DNA from: Candidatus Saccharimonadales bacterium | GTDB taxonomy: Bacteria > Patescibacteriota > Saccharimonadia > Saccharimonadales > UBA10212 | Direction of reading: 5' to 3' | Assembly: GCA_049521895.1 (NCBI GenBank) | Contig: JBEKOJ010000001.1 | Location: 631,114 to 695,113, forward strand | Length of the DNA stretch: 64,000 bases | In this document: piece by piece, positions 52,643 through 62,235 of the stretch | How positions within the stretch are numbered: the stretch's first letter is position 1 | Layout: every line of letters starts with the position of its first letter | Position numbers and translations under genes: made by a program | Notes under the pieces: model-generated | What the model was told of the DNA's origin: nothing | Seen by the model: only the letters and a program-made list of their open reading frames with translations | Databases searched by the model: none

Positions 52643-55542
52643 TATGGTTACGGCCTCGCACTACTAAATTGACCACCAAAACCGACCAGAAGGGTATGGC
52701 CTCGATTGTCATTGTCGCTGTACTAATAGTTCTTCTTACCCTGATTAGCATTGGTTTTAGCCGCTTGATGAACCGTGCCATCAATAATTCTACCGACAAA
52801 GAACTCGGCGCCGCCGCTTCTTACGCCTCGCAGTCCGGCATCAACGATGCTGCTTCTTATCTGCAAAAAAATTATAACCCCGCCGCCCCTAGTTCTTTGC
52901 TGACCCCCAGCTGTAGCAGCCTCATAAGCGGTAGTGGCGCCCCAATCAATCCGAATTTATCCGGCGACAGTAATGTTAAATATAGCTGCCTGACTATCAA
53001 CCCAGAGCCCACCGACCTGGTCTTTGGCGGCCAGGATCCGGCACCGTCTTATAAATCGCAGGTTATCAAGGTGACCACCGATGCCTCAACAGGTTCGCTA
53101 AGCAGCTTGATGCTTTCCTGGAGCTCCGGTAACGGCAATAATAGTACCGTAAGCGGTACCAGCCTGTATGATGAGACTACGTGGTCCGCTAAACAGCTAG
53201 CGCCACTGATGCGCTTAACACTTTATCCAATAGCTAGTTCTAGCACCGCGATAGACAACAGCTCCATACAAAACGCCTCGCGCACTTTCTTCTTCTATCC
53301 TAATCCGGGTAACAGCGGTCAGAACATCAGCTCCTTTGATTACAACTCAACCGCGCCGTCGTTACGGGGTATTCAGTGCGGTAATACCGGCACCAACGGC
53401 TTTAACATGGGGAGCGACAGCCCATCCGATTATGCCTGCAACGCTATTATTACTGGCATGCCCAGCACCGGTTTCTACTATGCCCGCATAACTCCATTTT
53501 ATGATTCCACTAATTTTCGCATAGAAGGCAATAATGCGTCCGGCAATCTGATCAAATTCGAAGGCATACAGGCCATCATTGATTCTACGGCCCAGGCCAA
53601 TACTTCCTCTAAGCGCCTGCAAGCAAGGATAGATCTAAGCAGCCTTACCAGTGGCAGCAGCAGTGACAACATAACACCTGCCGATGACGCTATGCCCGAA
53701 TTTGCCATAGATTCAGCCAACGCCATCTGTAAACGTTTAGACGTCAAAAACCTTACTGTTTCTGTCACAGACCCCTACTGTATGAACCAAACAGCGGTTA
53801 CCCAACCGGTTCTAAGCATAGGGCTTTGTGCAGCCAATGGCGGCAGTTCTTGCGATCCATCCTCGGGCTCCACAGTCACTATTAGCGCCGGCGGCACCGT
53901 TACACTGGATTATAGTGTAAAAAACTCCATACCCGGCAGCTGCAGCCTCAACAACGGTGGTCGATCCGGGTTTGGCGACGGCACAGGCAATTACCCAACC
54001 GGTGCCCTATTCGCCAATACTAAATACACTTTGACATGTACGGACTACAGCGATGCGCTGCAGAACACGTCCGTAACCGTTACTGTCAACCCCGTCTTAT
54101 CCTTTTACACCGACAATGGCTCAAACTCCATCACCATACCGTATAACAGCTCAACGAATTTGCACTGGCGTATAACTGGTCAAGCCGACTGGTGCTGGGC
54201 CAGCGGCGCTTGGAGCAGCTGGGTGAATCCTCCTAGCGGTGGCAGCGCTGGCACAGGCCCTCTCACTGGCACTCAGACCTACCATCTCTACTGCGGCTAT
54301 AGCGTCACTGGCTACCAAACGCCAACCCAAAATGTGGCGATTACAGTCAGCCCACCACCACCACCAACGGTGAACATTAGCGCTTCGCCGCCTTCTATAA
54401 CTAAGGGGGGTACTAGTACCATTACTTGGAACAGTGCTGGCGTTGTTACAGGCTGTACGGTTCCGAGTGGCAGCAGCTGGGCGGCTGGTAGCCGCAATGC
54501 CAGCGGCGCATCTGGCACTGGTCCTCTTAACGGCGTCGGTACCTACACCTACTCAATTTATTGCTCTGGGCCCGGCGGAAACTCTCCGACTCAAAGCGCC
54601 ACTGTAACTGTTAACTCGCCGCCTCCCCAGAAAGTCTATATCGACCAACTAGACATTACGGCCATCAGCGGCACATGGAGCGCGCATATTCAAGACAATG
54701 GCGATGGCACTACCTTTTCTAGCTGCGTCTTTAGTGGCGCAGTAAATAAGACTCTTGGTGCCTGGGGCCAATTCAATAGGTCTGGCGTAGAAGGCTGGTC
54801 TATCTCTGGCGGCGCTTCGGTTACTCTCACTTGTTACGCCCTCGATGGCGCCTCGGGCTCCAAAACCGCCACCGTCCCCACTCCAACTATTACCATAAAC
54901 GCCTCTTGTGCCAGCGGAGGTTGTATGCACGGCTACGCCACTCCATACGGTGTTGCTACCTGCCATGACGGCTTTCATGATTACATAATGTGTATCAGTT
55001 GGAACGCCAGTCAAAGTGGCGGCACTATAGATTCCTGCAGCGCCAGCGCTAATGATCAATCCTACAGTAATACGTACCCTGTCTCTAGTGGGTATGGTTA
55101 CAGCGGCTATGGTTCTGGACCGGCACCACCCAATAACTGGTGGAACGTAACATTTGGCTTCCAAAATTACCCGGGACCGGTTAGTACTACCATATACATA
55201 AGGTGCCACAGCAGCACGTTCGGTAACTATGGTTATGCGACCATTTCGGCCACATGGCCGCAATGTAGTGATAGCGGTCAGACGGGGGTATGGCCCAACT
55301 GCCAACAACAGCAACCCGGTGGCGGCAGCGGCGGCGGCCACGGCGGTGGACCGCCACCCACTCAAACTTGTACCCACGGCGGTACCGTAAATGTGCCACC
55401 CGGGTGTTCCGGCTGTTGGGATGGTAGTACGGCTACGAGCCTTAGTCAGTGTCCGCCTCAGCCAGTTTGCCGTACAAGATGTGCAGTTTTTATTCCTGGT
55501 AAAAGCGCTCTAGCTGATATATTTACTTGGAGAAGGGCATGA
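52639..55542 (+). CDS. large PilX-like pilus-associated protein (putative tip adhesin), 967 aa
   Basis: The ATG at 52639 forms an ATGA overlap. PilX_N-like hydrophobic N-terminus GMASIVIVAVLIVLLTLISIGF. Three tandem modules of about 90 aa, ending ..TVTVNP / ..ITVSPPPPP / ..TVTVNSPPP. Cys- and Gly-rich C-terminus. Confidence 0.7.
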   Translation: MIWLRPRTTKLTTKTDQKGMASIVIVAVLIVLLTLISIGFSRLMNRAINNSTDKELGAAASYASQSGINDAASYLQKNYNPAAPSSLLTPSCSSLISGSGAPINPNLSGDSNVKYSCLTINPEPTDLVFGGQDPAPSYKSQVIKVTTDASTGSLSSLMLSWSSGNGNNSTVSGTSLYDETTWSAKQLAPLMRLTLYPIASSSTAIDNSSIQNASRTFFFYPNPGNSGQNISSFDYNSTAPSLRGIQCGNTGTNGFNMGSDSPSDYACNAIITGMPSTGFYYARITPFYDSTNFRIEGNNASGNLIKFEGIQAIIDSTAQANTSSKRLQARIDLSSLTSGSSSDNITPADDAMPEFAIDSANAICKRLDVKNLTVSVTDPYCMNQTAVTQPVLSIGLCAANGGSSCDPSSGSTVTISAGGTVTLDYSVKNSIPGSCSLNNGGRSGFGDGTGNYPTGALFANTKYTLTCTDYSDALQNTSVTVTVNPVLSFYTDNGSNSITIPYNSSTNLHWRITGQADWCWASGAWSSWVNPPSGGSAGTGPLTGTQTYHLYCGYSVTGYQTPTQNVAITVSPPPPPTVNISASPPSITKGGTSTITWNSAGVVTGCTVPSGSSWAAGSRNASGASGTGPLNGVGTYTYSIYCSGPGGNSPTQSATVTVNSPPPQKVYIDQLDITAISGTWSAHIQDNGDGTTFSSCVFSGAVNKTLGAWGQFNRSGVEGWSISGGASVTLTCYALDGASGSKTATVPTPTITINASCASGGCMHGYATPYGVATCHDGFHDYIMCISWNASQSGGTIDSCSASANDQSYSNTYPVSSGYGYSGYGSGPAPPNNWWNVTFGFQNYPGPVSTTIYIRCHSSTFGNYGYATISATWPQCSDSGQTGVWPNCQQQQPGGGSGGGHGGGPPPTQTCTHGGTVNVPPGCSGCWDGSTATSLSQCPPQPVCRTRCAVFIPGKSALADIFTWRRA

Positions 55543-56255
55543 GAAAACCGCTAACAATAAAGCTTGCGCTAAGTGTTATTTTAGCCTTAATCATCATTGG
55601 ATCGCTTGGCTCATATCTGTATGTACATAACAGAAATACTTCTTCTTACTCCCACCCCTATACTTACCACAAGCTTATTAATACTTCTTTGACTGGTAAC
55701 GGCGCGTCTAATGGCTTTGTTTTTGACAGGCCCGCCGAGTTTACAGCGATTGCACCTGAAGGCAAGCCAAACATTGCTAACTTCGCCCAAGATATAAGCA
55801 GTAAAGGTATTAGTAATACTCTGGGCGGTGAGGCGGCCTTTACGGCTGTCGCGCCCGCTGACTACAGTTCAATAATAGATAAAGACTTTAGTTTGCAGAC
55901 TACCTCTAGCGATTACCGAAGTGCTATAACTCCTGTCCACAACTTCCTAATGTCGGAAATTCCCTATATTTTCTTCTTTGATGACAAAAATGCCAAATTG
56001 GATCTAAGCTTAGCCAAGCCCTATCAAATTTATACGAATAACCTGAACCGTGATGCATGGATTTTTAACTTTATGGCTACCAATACCAATCTTAAAAACA
56101 GCAAACAGAAGGTCTCTATCATACAAGGGAAACTGGCTTTGGTCGTCGGTAAAACCGATTATTATTACTTGCTCCTCGGTACAACGTCATCTAACTGGAA
56201 TGTTAATAGTTCAACGTGGGAAAGTATTCTTCTGAGCTTGAAAATAGACCAATGA
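55539..56255 (+). CDS. membrane-anchored hypothetical protein, last gene of the pilus operon
   Basis: The ATG at 55539 forms an ATGA overlap. A single N-terminal TM helix. Confidence 0.55.
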   Translation: MRKPLTIKLALSVILALIIIGSLGSYLYVHNRNTSSYSHPYTYHKLINTSLTGNGASNGFVFDRPAEFTAIAPEGKPNIANFAQDISSKGISNTLGGEAAFTAVAPADYSSIIDKDFSLQTTSSDYRSAITPVHNFLMSEIPYIFFFDDKNAKLDLSLAKPYQIYTNNLNRDAWIFNFMATNTNLKNSKQKVSIIQGKLALVVGKTDYYYLLLGTTSSNWNVNSSTWESILLSLKIDQ

Positions 56256-56268
56256 ATCGCCAGCTCTC

Positions 56269-56297
56269 TTGATATAGTGCTCATGTTATGATATAAT
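56269..56297 (+). promoter_or_regulatory. sigma-70-type promoter of the GC-rich secreted protein gene
   Basis: TTGATA-N17-TATAAT. Confidence 0.55.
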
Positions 56298-56374
56298 CTG
56301 GCTGTCCTAGCAACTCCAGGACGCGAGCTTAGTGCTATGTAGGACATGGCGCGTTTCCGAAAGGAAGTAAAGCA

Positions 56375-57334
56375 ATGCGTAAGTGGATTTTGTTGCTCGC
56401 CGCCGCCTGCATCGCACAAGCGGCAGGTGGTGCAGCAGCACAAGCCAAGGCCAAGCCGCAACCAAAGGCGGCGTGTACTGCTTCGGCGGTGCCCGGCCAG
56501 AAGGGGCAGGTCAGCTTCAGTGGCGGCTGCAAGGTGAACGGCCGGGTCATTCCGGTTGTCGCCCATCGCAGCTACACGGTTGTTGATCAGTCCAAGAAGT
56601 ACGTCTGCAACTCGGTTTCTGGTGTCGTCTCGGGCAAGACCTTCGCGGTCTTGCCGGCGGATGGCTACCAAGCGACCGGTAGGATCTGGTACACGCCCAA
56701 GAACAAGGCCATCAAGGTCGAGAGCAACAAGACTGCGACCTTCAACTTGGTTCTCGGTGGTGCCGACATGTGCGGCAAGCCGCCGATTCCGGCGCTGTCC
56801 CCGTCTGCAGTATGCGACTGGGGCATGCTGGTCGGTCAACCCGATCCGCAGTACTCGTACTGCGGCGTGGTCTACTGGAAAGTGGCCAAGCCCCCTGTGC
56901 CAGTAGTCACCTGGGCAACCAGGGCGACCGTGGCGGCCGGCAACGTGGTGTCGATAGGCCACCTTGTGAGCCCGTCCGGCATCTGCCGGGCGACCCCGTA
57001 CGGCGGCGCTCAACCCACGGCCTCATGGTTTACCGTGCTCCAATTCAGTTATTGGCAGTGCGGGCAAATCAAAGCCCGAATCTCCATCATCGATGCTTGG
57101 TTGTTCAACTCGGAGGGCAAAGTCTGTCATCTCCCGGGTTACCCGGAAGGGACGAACAAGATCCAACTCCCGTCCGACTGGGATGACGTGCTGCAAATCG
57201 CATACACTGTGGATACCTTCACCGGTCCACAGAACGTTTGGAACTGGCAGGCCTATGAAAATAGTACTGCCTATCTCCAGCTCTCGGGCGGCACGGTGGA
57301 TGGCTGTGCGGCCCTCGGGCTGCCAGTCAGCTAG
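56375..57334 (+). CDS. GC-rich secreted Cys-containing protein, probable horizontal acquisition
   Basis: Signal peptide MRKWILLLAAACIAQAAG. Sampled lines are about 65-70% GC, against about 40% in the preceding gene. Strong GC3 skew in this frame. It has its own TTGATA-N17-TATAAT promoter. Confidence 0.7.
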   Translation: MRKWILLLAAACIAQAAGGAAAQAKAKPQPKAACTASAVPGQKGQVSFSGGCKVNGRVIPVVAHRSYTVVDQSKKYVCNSVSGVVSGKTFAVLPADGYQATGRIWYTPKNKAIKVESNKTATFNLVLGGADMCGKPPIPALSPSAVCDWGMLVGQPDPQYSYCGVVYWKVAKPPVPVVTWATRATVAAGNVVSIGHLVSPSGICRATPYGGAQPTASWFTVLQFSYWQCGQIKARISIIDAWLFNSEGKVCHLPGYPEGTNKIQLPSDWDDVLQIAYTVDTFTGPQNVWNWQAYENSTAYLQLSGGTVDGCAALGLPVS

Positions 57335-57345
57335 GACTACAAGGG

Positions 57346-57375
57346 CCCCCGGCCGAGCTAACTGCTCGGTCGGGG
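57346..57375. terminator. GC-rich hairpin between the GC-rich gene and xer
   Basis: CCCCGGCCGAGC-TAACT-GCTCGGTCGGGG (one G-T pair) with no U-tract. Coordinates are approximate. Confidence 0.45.
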
Positions 57376-57391
57376 TGCCCGGAACAATGCT

Positions 57392-58309
57392 CTAATGACC
57401 TTTATGTCTATGGAACCGCTCATGCACTTCTTTTAGGTGAGGGTCGGTAACATGGGTGTAAATCTGGGTGGTGGCGATGTTGGAGTGGCCCAACATTGCC
57501 TGGACCGAGCGTAAATCAGCCCCATTCATCAATAAATCGGTGGCAAAACTATGCCTTAAAGTATGCGGACTGACATGTTTGGTTATGCCGGCTAGCCGGG
57601 CGTAGCGGCCAATCATGCGCTGAACAGAGCGCGCCGTTAAACGGGTAAAATTACCCGATAAATCGACCTTTTTACTACCGCTGTATCTGATAAATAGCGG
57701 TTTGGTATTATCCTGGCGCTTATCTAAATATTGCTTTATCCAATCAGCGGCTGTTGGGCTGATAAAAATTGGCCGGTCTTTTTGGCCTTTGCCACGCACC
57801 ATGAATTCACGCCGGCCCAAATTGATGTGGTCACGGTCCAGACCCACCAGCTCGGATACACGCAAACCGCTGCTGAATAGCAGTTCAATAATGGCCCGAT
57901 CACGCAGGCCGGTCAGGATAGAGGTGTTGGGCTGGCTGCCCAGGCGGTCTATCTCTTCTGGCGTTAAAAATGTCACTTGCGGCCGGCGGGTACGCGCCAG
58001 CTCGACTCTATCAGCCACCATGGCATCGTAACCGCGCTTCGCACAATATTTTAAAAACGAGCGCAGTGCGATTAGGTGATAGTTCTGAGTCGTTTTAGAT
58101 AGTTCATCAGAGGTGTTAGTGCCCAGGCGGTTAAGCCACAAGCGCCATTTGCGGATAAGCTCGTCGTTGATGTCGGCAAGCTTAATATCACCGGCGAAAT
58201 CCGACAAGCGGGTAAGATAATGGCTGTAATTTTGGATAGTTTTGGCTGAGCGGTTTTGTTCCAACTCTAAATACTCCAGAAAATCGCTTACCGCTTCATC
58301 GTAACTCAT
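57392..58309 (-). CDS. tyrosine site-specific recombinase (XerC/XerD-like)
   Basis: SAM-like N-terminal domain. Catalytic residues in context: ..GLRVSEL.. (Arg), HTLRHSFAT (His-x-x-Arg), LGHSNIATTQIYTHV (His, Tyr). Confidence 0.9.
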   Translation of the reverse strand: MSYDEAVSDFLEYLELEQNRSAKTIQNYSHYLTRLSDFAGDIKLADINDELIRKWRLWLNRLGTNTSDELSKTTQNYHLIALRSFLKYCAKRGYDAMVADRVELARTRRPQVTFLTPEEIDRLGSQPNTSILTGLRDRAIIELLFSSGLRVSELVGLDRDHINLGRREFMVRGKGQKDRPIFISPTAADWIKQYLDKRQDNTKPLFIRYSGSKKVDLSGNFTRLTARSVQRMIGRYARLAGITKHVSPHTLRHSFATDLLMNGADLRSVQAMLGHSNIATTQIYTHVTDPHLKEVHERFHRHKGH

Positions 58310-58329
58310 AATTTAGTCCGTGTCGCTTG

Positions 58330-58402
58330 CCCCGCACTAAATCCTGAGCGGAGAAGAGAGGAAATACCTCTATTTCGGAGCATCAAGATTTTAGTGCCGG
58401 GG
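58330..58402. repeat. palindromic repeat family 2 copy
   Basis: CCCCGCACTAAATCCTGAGCGGAG..GGAGCATCAAGATTTTAGTGCCGGGG. Its arms match the 17156 copy. Confidence 0.65.
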
Positions 58403-58518
58403 TACAACATAAGCATATTATATAGCGGGCAGGGAATAGTAGATAGAGTTTGGCTTGTTGAGCAAAAAACGTATTCAATTTGCATCCAGTCGTTACATCT
58501 GTTACAATCCTTGATAAC

Positions 58519-59100
58519 ATGGAAAGAACGTTAGTATTGCTCAAACCCGATGCGGTGCAGCGCGGTATCATTGGCGAAATTATCTCGCGCTTTGAAAAGT
58601 CCGGCCTTAAACTTATCGCCACCAAAATGGTAAGGGCTAACGAAGATTTGGCCAAAAAACACTACCCTAGCGACCGGCGAGAATTTATAGAAGGTATGGG
58701 CCGTAAGACGTTGGGCAGCTACAAAGAACAGGGGCTTAACGCTAATGAGGCCTTTGGTACTGAAGATCCGCACGCCATAGGCCTGCAGGTGCAACAGTGG
58801 TTGGTGGACTCGCTGACTTCGAGCCCGATTATTGCGCTGGTACTAGAGGGGCCGCACGCCGTAGAGTTGGTACGTAAAATCTGTGGCAATACTCTACCTA
58901 TTAAGGCTAACCCGGGTACCATCAGGGGGGACTATTCCTTTGATTCGCCAGCTTTAGCTAACAGCGAAAAGCGCGCCATCCGCAACTTGGTGCACGCCTC
59001 CGGTGATAAAGCTGAGGCCGATTTTGAGATCAAACTGTGGTTTACGGAGTCTGAACTGCATAGCTATGACTCAGCCCACCAAAAACACATGACCGGCTAG
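58519..59100 (+). CDS. ndk: nucleoside diphosphate kinase (long form with internal insertion)
   Basis: MERTLVLLKPDAVQRGIIGEIISRFE..NLVHASGD (active-site His). The extended -10 TGTTACAAT ends 10 nt before the ATG. Confidence 0.88.
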   Translation: MERTLVLLKPDAVQRGIIGEIISRFEKSGLKLIATKMVRANEDLAKKHYPSDRREFIEGMGRKTLGSYKEQGLNANEAFGTEDPHAIGLQVQQWLVDSLTSSPIIALVLEGPHAVELVRKICGNTLPIKANPGTIRGDYSFDSPALANSEKRAIRNLVHASGDKAEADFEIKLWFTESELHSYDSAHQKHMTG

Positions 59101-59119
59101 AAGCTACACGGGCGTGCGG

Positions 59120-59461
59120 CTACTTTTTTGGCTTGATCTTAACGGCGGTGCCGTAAGCTGCGACCTCGCTCATTACGCCGCCCAGTTCACTGGTGTCAAA
59201 ATTCATACCAATGATAGCGTTGGCACCTTTGGCCTTAGCCTCTTGGCGCATCCTGTCTACTGCTTCCTCGCGTGTTCGCCCCAGCAGTTTGGTGTAACCA
59301 CCGACTTCGCCGCCAAAAATCGTTCTAAAGCCGGCGCCGATGTTGCTGAATAGGTTGCGGCTACGCACAATCAACCCGAAGACCTCGCCGTAAACTTCCA
59401 CCACCTCGTAACCAGGCACGTCGTTAGTGGTCGTAGTGACTACTAAAATATTATTGTCCAT
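59120..59461 (-). CDS. ybjQ: YbjQ/UPF0145 family protein
   Basis: GYEVVEVYGEVFGLIVRSRN..GGEVGGYTKLL..EAKAKGANAIIGMNFD is the typical YbjQ pattern. Confidence 0.85.
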   Translation of the reverse strand: MDNNILVVTTTTNDVPGYEVVEVYGEVFGLIVRSRNLFSNIGAGFRTIFGGEVGGYTKLLGRTREEAVDRMRQEAKAKGANAIIGMNFDTSELGGVMSEVAAYGTAVKIKPKK

Positions 59462-59478
59462 ATAACCTCCTTTTTAAT

Positions 59479-59554
59479 TGGTACCCTGGGCAGGATTCGA
59501 ACCTGCGACGCCCGCCTTAGGACGGCGGCGCTCTATCCACTGAGCTACCAGGGC
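59479..59554 (-). tRNA. tRNA-Arg (anticodon CCT), CCA encoded
   Basis: Reverse complement: GCCCTGG-TA-GCTC-AGTGGATA-GAGC-G-CCGCC-GTCCTAA-GGCGG-GCGTC-GCAGG-TTCGAAT-CCTGC-CCAGGGT-A-CCA. Folded by hand into a cloverleaf. Confidence 0.9.
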
Positions 59555-59620
59555 GTTACTCTAAATTGTAGCATTGCTTAACCCCTATACCCTAAAGCCC
59601 ATCACCTATATAATGTAGCC

Positions 59621-60229
59621 ATGAGCGCCAAGCCAGAAAAGTCTGACTCCGAAGATGTCGACGATATCGAAGAGCCGGCAGAGCAAAAACCCAAACACTT
59701 CAAAGAGCAGTTCGAGGACGAAGAAACACTGCTGGTCTTCCGTAAACATCCAATAGTCATGCGCCGCGGCCTCGTCTACTGCATGTTGGCTATTTTATTG
59801 GGGACTATTCCGGCGTTCGTCAAACCGCAGTACAGCTACTTTTTTGGCGGCCTGGCGGCCGGTTTTATCTTAGGTATTATCCTAATTTTTCCGTTCTGGG
59901 TACGCTGGTATTTTAGTGTTTACATCATGACCGACAAAAGATTTATCCAGCAGACCCGCTCGCTACTGCAAGTCAATGTCGTAGATATCGGCTTGGAACA
60001 GATACAGATGATCAATTATCAGATCTCCGGCCTAGAGGAGACAGTGCTTAACTTTGGTACAATAGTGGTGCAAACGTACGTGGGTGACTTGGTAATCCGC
60101 GATGTGCACCACCCGGCCCGTATCCAAAAGAAGATGGTGCATATCTTACGTGATCTAGGGATCCATCCCACTCAGCGCCCGTTTGCCGGTGGCGACGATG
60201 ACCAGCACAAGACTTTAGGTGATGATTAA
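59621..60229 (+). CDS. membrane protein with bacterial PH (YdbS/DUF304-like) domain
   Basis: Acidic N-terminus, two TM helices, then a ..YIMTDKRFIQQ.. beta-rich domain. Confidence 0.5.
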   Translation: MSAKPEKSDSEDVDDIEEPAEQKPKHFKEQFEDEETLLVFRKHPIVMRRGLVYCMLAILLGTIPAFVKPQYSYFFGGLAAGFILGIILIFPFWVRWYFSVYIMTDKRFIQQTRSLLQVNVVDIGLEQIQMINYQISGLEETVLNFGTIVVQTYVGDLVIRDVHHPARIQKKMVHILRDLGIHPTQRPFAGGDDDQHKTLGDD

Positions 60230-61343
60230 AAAATTTCGTAAAAAGTTGAGTAAGAAAGCCAACCGCCAGGCCAAGAAGGTCAGGGGGTTGGTTCCCGATT
60301 CTGTGGTCGAAAAAGCCTCCCAGCTCAACCCGCTGGCGCCCCCGCCCGAGCCGACCGTGGTCAGTTCGGTGCCGCAGATTACCACTGAAACCATCGCTGA
60401 GCACCGTGAGCAGGTACTGTCCGGCGCCCGTAAGTATATTTATCCATTGCAGCACTCTAAACACCGTATTATCACTATCACCGGTAGCATTGTAGCGGCG
60501 GCCGTTGCCGGATTGCTTATCTATTGCTCCATCGGCCTCTATAAGCTCTACCAATACAATACTTTCATATACCGCATCACGCAGGTGGTGCCGTTTCCTA
60601 TCGCCCGCGTCGGCGGTACCTATGTAGATTACGAAAACTACCTGTTTGAATTGCGCCACTACGTCCACTACTACCAGACCCAGCTGGGCCGTGATTTTTC
60701 TGGCGAGGATTACCAGCAGCTGGTGTCATTCCGTAAACAAGCCTTGCAGGATAGCATTAATAACGCTTACATCAAGATCTTGGCGCAAAAAAACCACGTT
60801 GGCGTGTCTAACGCCGAGGTCAACGACCGTATAGCTGAAGTCCGCGACCAAAACCGCTTGGGCGATAATAATAAGGTCTTTGATGATGTTCTGCGCGATT
60901 ATTGGGGCTGGTCAGTTAATGATTTTAAGCGGGCTCTTAAGCAGGAAATCCTATCCGAAAAAGTCGTTGCTAAGCTGGATACAACCGATATGGCGCGTGC
61001 CAACGCTGCGCTGGCCCAGCTCAAAGCCGGCGCCGATTTCCAAACTTTGGCCAAGCAAGTTTCGGACGCGCCGGATAAAGCCAACGGCGGTGATTATGGT
61101 TTTAACATTACGCGCTCTAACCCCAATGTACCGCCACAAGTAGTAGGGGCTATATTCAAACTTAAAGCTGGCCAAATATCCGGCGTGATTGACGCTGGCC
61201 AAACCCTGGAAATCGTTCAGGTGGTCAGCAATGACGGCACTAACATTACTGCCCGCCACATATCTTTTAATTTACAGAACACCTCGGTTTATATCAAGCC
61301 GCTGCAAACTAAGTACCCGACCCATGAATACGTACATTTTTAA
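60219..61343 (+). CDS. membrane-anchored parvulin-type peptidyl-prolyl isomerase (SurA/PrsA-like)
   Basis: N-terminal TM. PpiC domain near ALAQLKAGADFQTLAKQVSDAPDKANGGDYGF. Confidence 0.75.
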   Translation: MMIKKFRKKLSKKANRQAKKVRGLVPDSVVEKASQLNPLAPPPEPTVVSSVPQITTETIAEHREQVLSGARKYIYPLQHSKHRIITITGSIVAAAVAGLLIYCSIGLYKLYQYNTFIYRITQVVPFPIARVGGTYVDYENYLFELRHYVHYYQTQLGRDFSGEDYQQLVSFRKQALQDSINNAYIKILAQKNHVGVSNAEVNDRIAEVRDQNRLGDNNKVFDDVLRDYWGWSVNDFKRALKQEILSEKVVAKLDTTDMARANAALAQLKAGADFQTLAKQVSDAPDKANGGDYGFNITRSNPNVPPQVVGAIFKLKAGQISGVIDAGQTLEIVQVVSNDGTNITARHISFNLQNTSVYIKPLQTKYPTHEYVHF

Positions 61344-61367
61344 GCCAAGTGCTCAAGCTAACCCATT

Positions 61368-62225
61368 ATGATAATTGAAATGCGCCGTAAGGCACGTAAT
61401 TTTGTAAGACAAAGACGCAAGGTCTTAACGCCGGCGCTGATTTGTTTGTTGGTGGTCGAATCACTGCTTGTGGGCGGCTACTTACTAATCAATATAGGCC
61501 GGAATGACAAAGTGGTGCCGTCGTCGGTCGCTGTTTCTACCCGCGTTATAGCCAAGACCAAGCCACCAAAACCAACCGTCCAAGCCATAACGCCCATACC
61601 AGCCAATGATTACACTATTCCAGCCATCAGCAATGGCCTGGCCCCAGTGCTAAGTCGGATACCAACCGCCGAACCAGTGGTCTTTCTAGGCATTGACGAC
61701 GGTATTTATCAAGAGCCAACCGCAGCGGCGCTTATGAAGGCCAATAACGTTAAGGCCTCCTTGTTTCTTGTCTACCGCTTTATCAAAACTAATCCATCGT
61801 ATTTCGCTGATTTGAGCGCCCGGACCGGTTCAATGATCGAAAACCACACCTATGACCACTCATGGTTGACCAGTCTCAACTACGACCAGCAAAAACAGGA
61901 AATCTGTAGCAATGCCGACATATTCACCCAGTGGTTTGGCAGGCGGCCAATTATTATGCGGCCGCCAGGCGGCTATTATAATGCAACGACTCAGGCAGCC
62001 GCTGCCACCTGCGGTATGCAGGCAGTTATTATGTGGGACGCAACGGTTAATAATGGCAGCTTGCAGTATCAGGTGGGGCACGGCTTACGACCGGGCGATA
62101 TCGTGCTGATGCACTTTCGCACCACATTCGTTGAGGACATGCAGGCTTTTATTAATGCCGAAAAAGCCGCCGGCTTGCACACCGATTTGCTAGAAAACTG
62201 GCTGCCAAACAGCGCCACAGACTAA
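61368..62225 (+). CDS. polysaccharide deacetylase (NodB domain) with N-terminal TM
   Basis: NodB motifs VFLGIDDG, ENHTYDH, MRPPGG, IVLMH. Confidence 0.8.
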   Translation: MIIEMRRKARNFVRQRRKVLTPALICLLVVESLLVGGYLLINIGRNDKVVPSSVAVSTRVIAKTKPPKPTVQAITPIPANDYTIPAISNGLAPVLSRIPTAEPVVFLGIDDGIYQEPTAAALMKANNVKASLFLVYRFIKTNPSYFADLSARTGSMIENHTYDHSWLTSLNYDQQKQEICSNADIFTQWFGRRPIIMRPPGGYYNATTQAAAATCGMQAVIMWDATVNNGSLQYQVGHGLRPGDIVLMHFRTTFVEDMQAFINAEKAAGLHTDLLENWLPNSATD

Positions 62226-62235
62226 GCAGCCTAGT

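Noticed and set aside
56165-57395. Several overlapping ORFs (56165-57013 minus; 56383, 56556, 56770 and 57093 plus)
   Set aside because: All lie within the 65-70% GC island. Only the 56375-57334 frame has a signal peptide, an RBS, a promoter and a consistent GC3 skew. The others are high-GC shadow frames rich in Arg/Pro/Ala.
57392-58309. The tyrosine recombinase as the integrase of the adjacent GC-rich island
   Set aside because: The protein looks like a typical single-copy XerC/XerD-type chromosome dimer resolvase (SAM-like N-domain, full R-H-R-H/Y set). I see no att-like direct repeats flanking the island. I note the adjacency but do not claim linkage.
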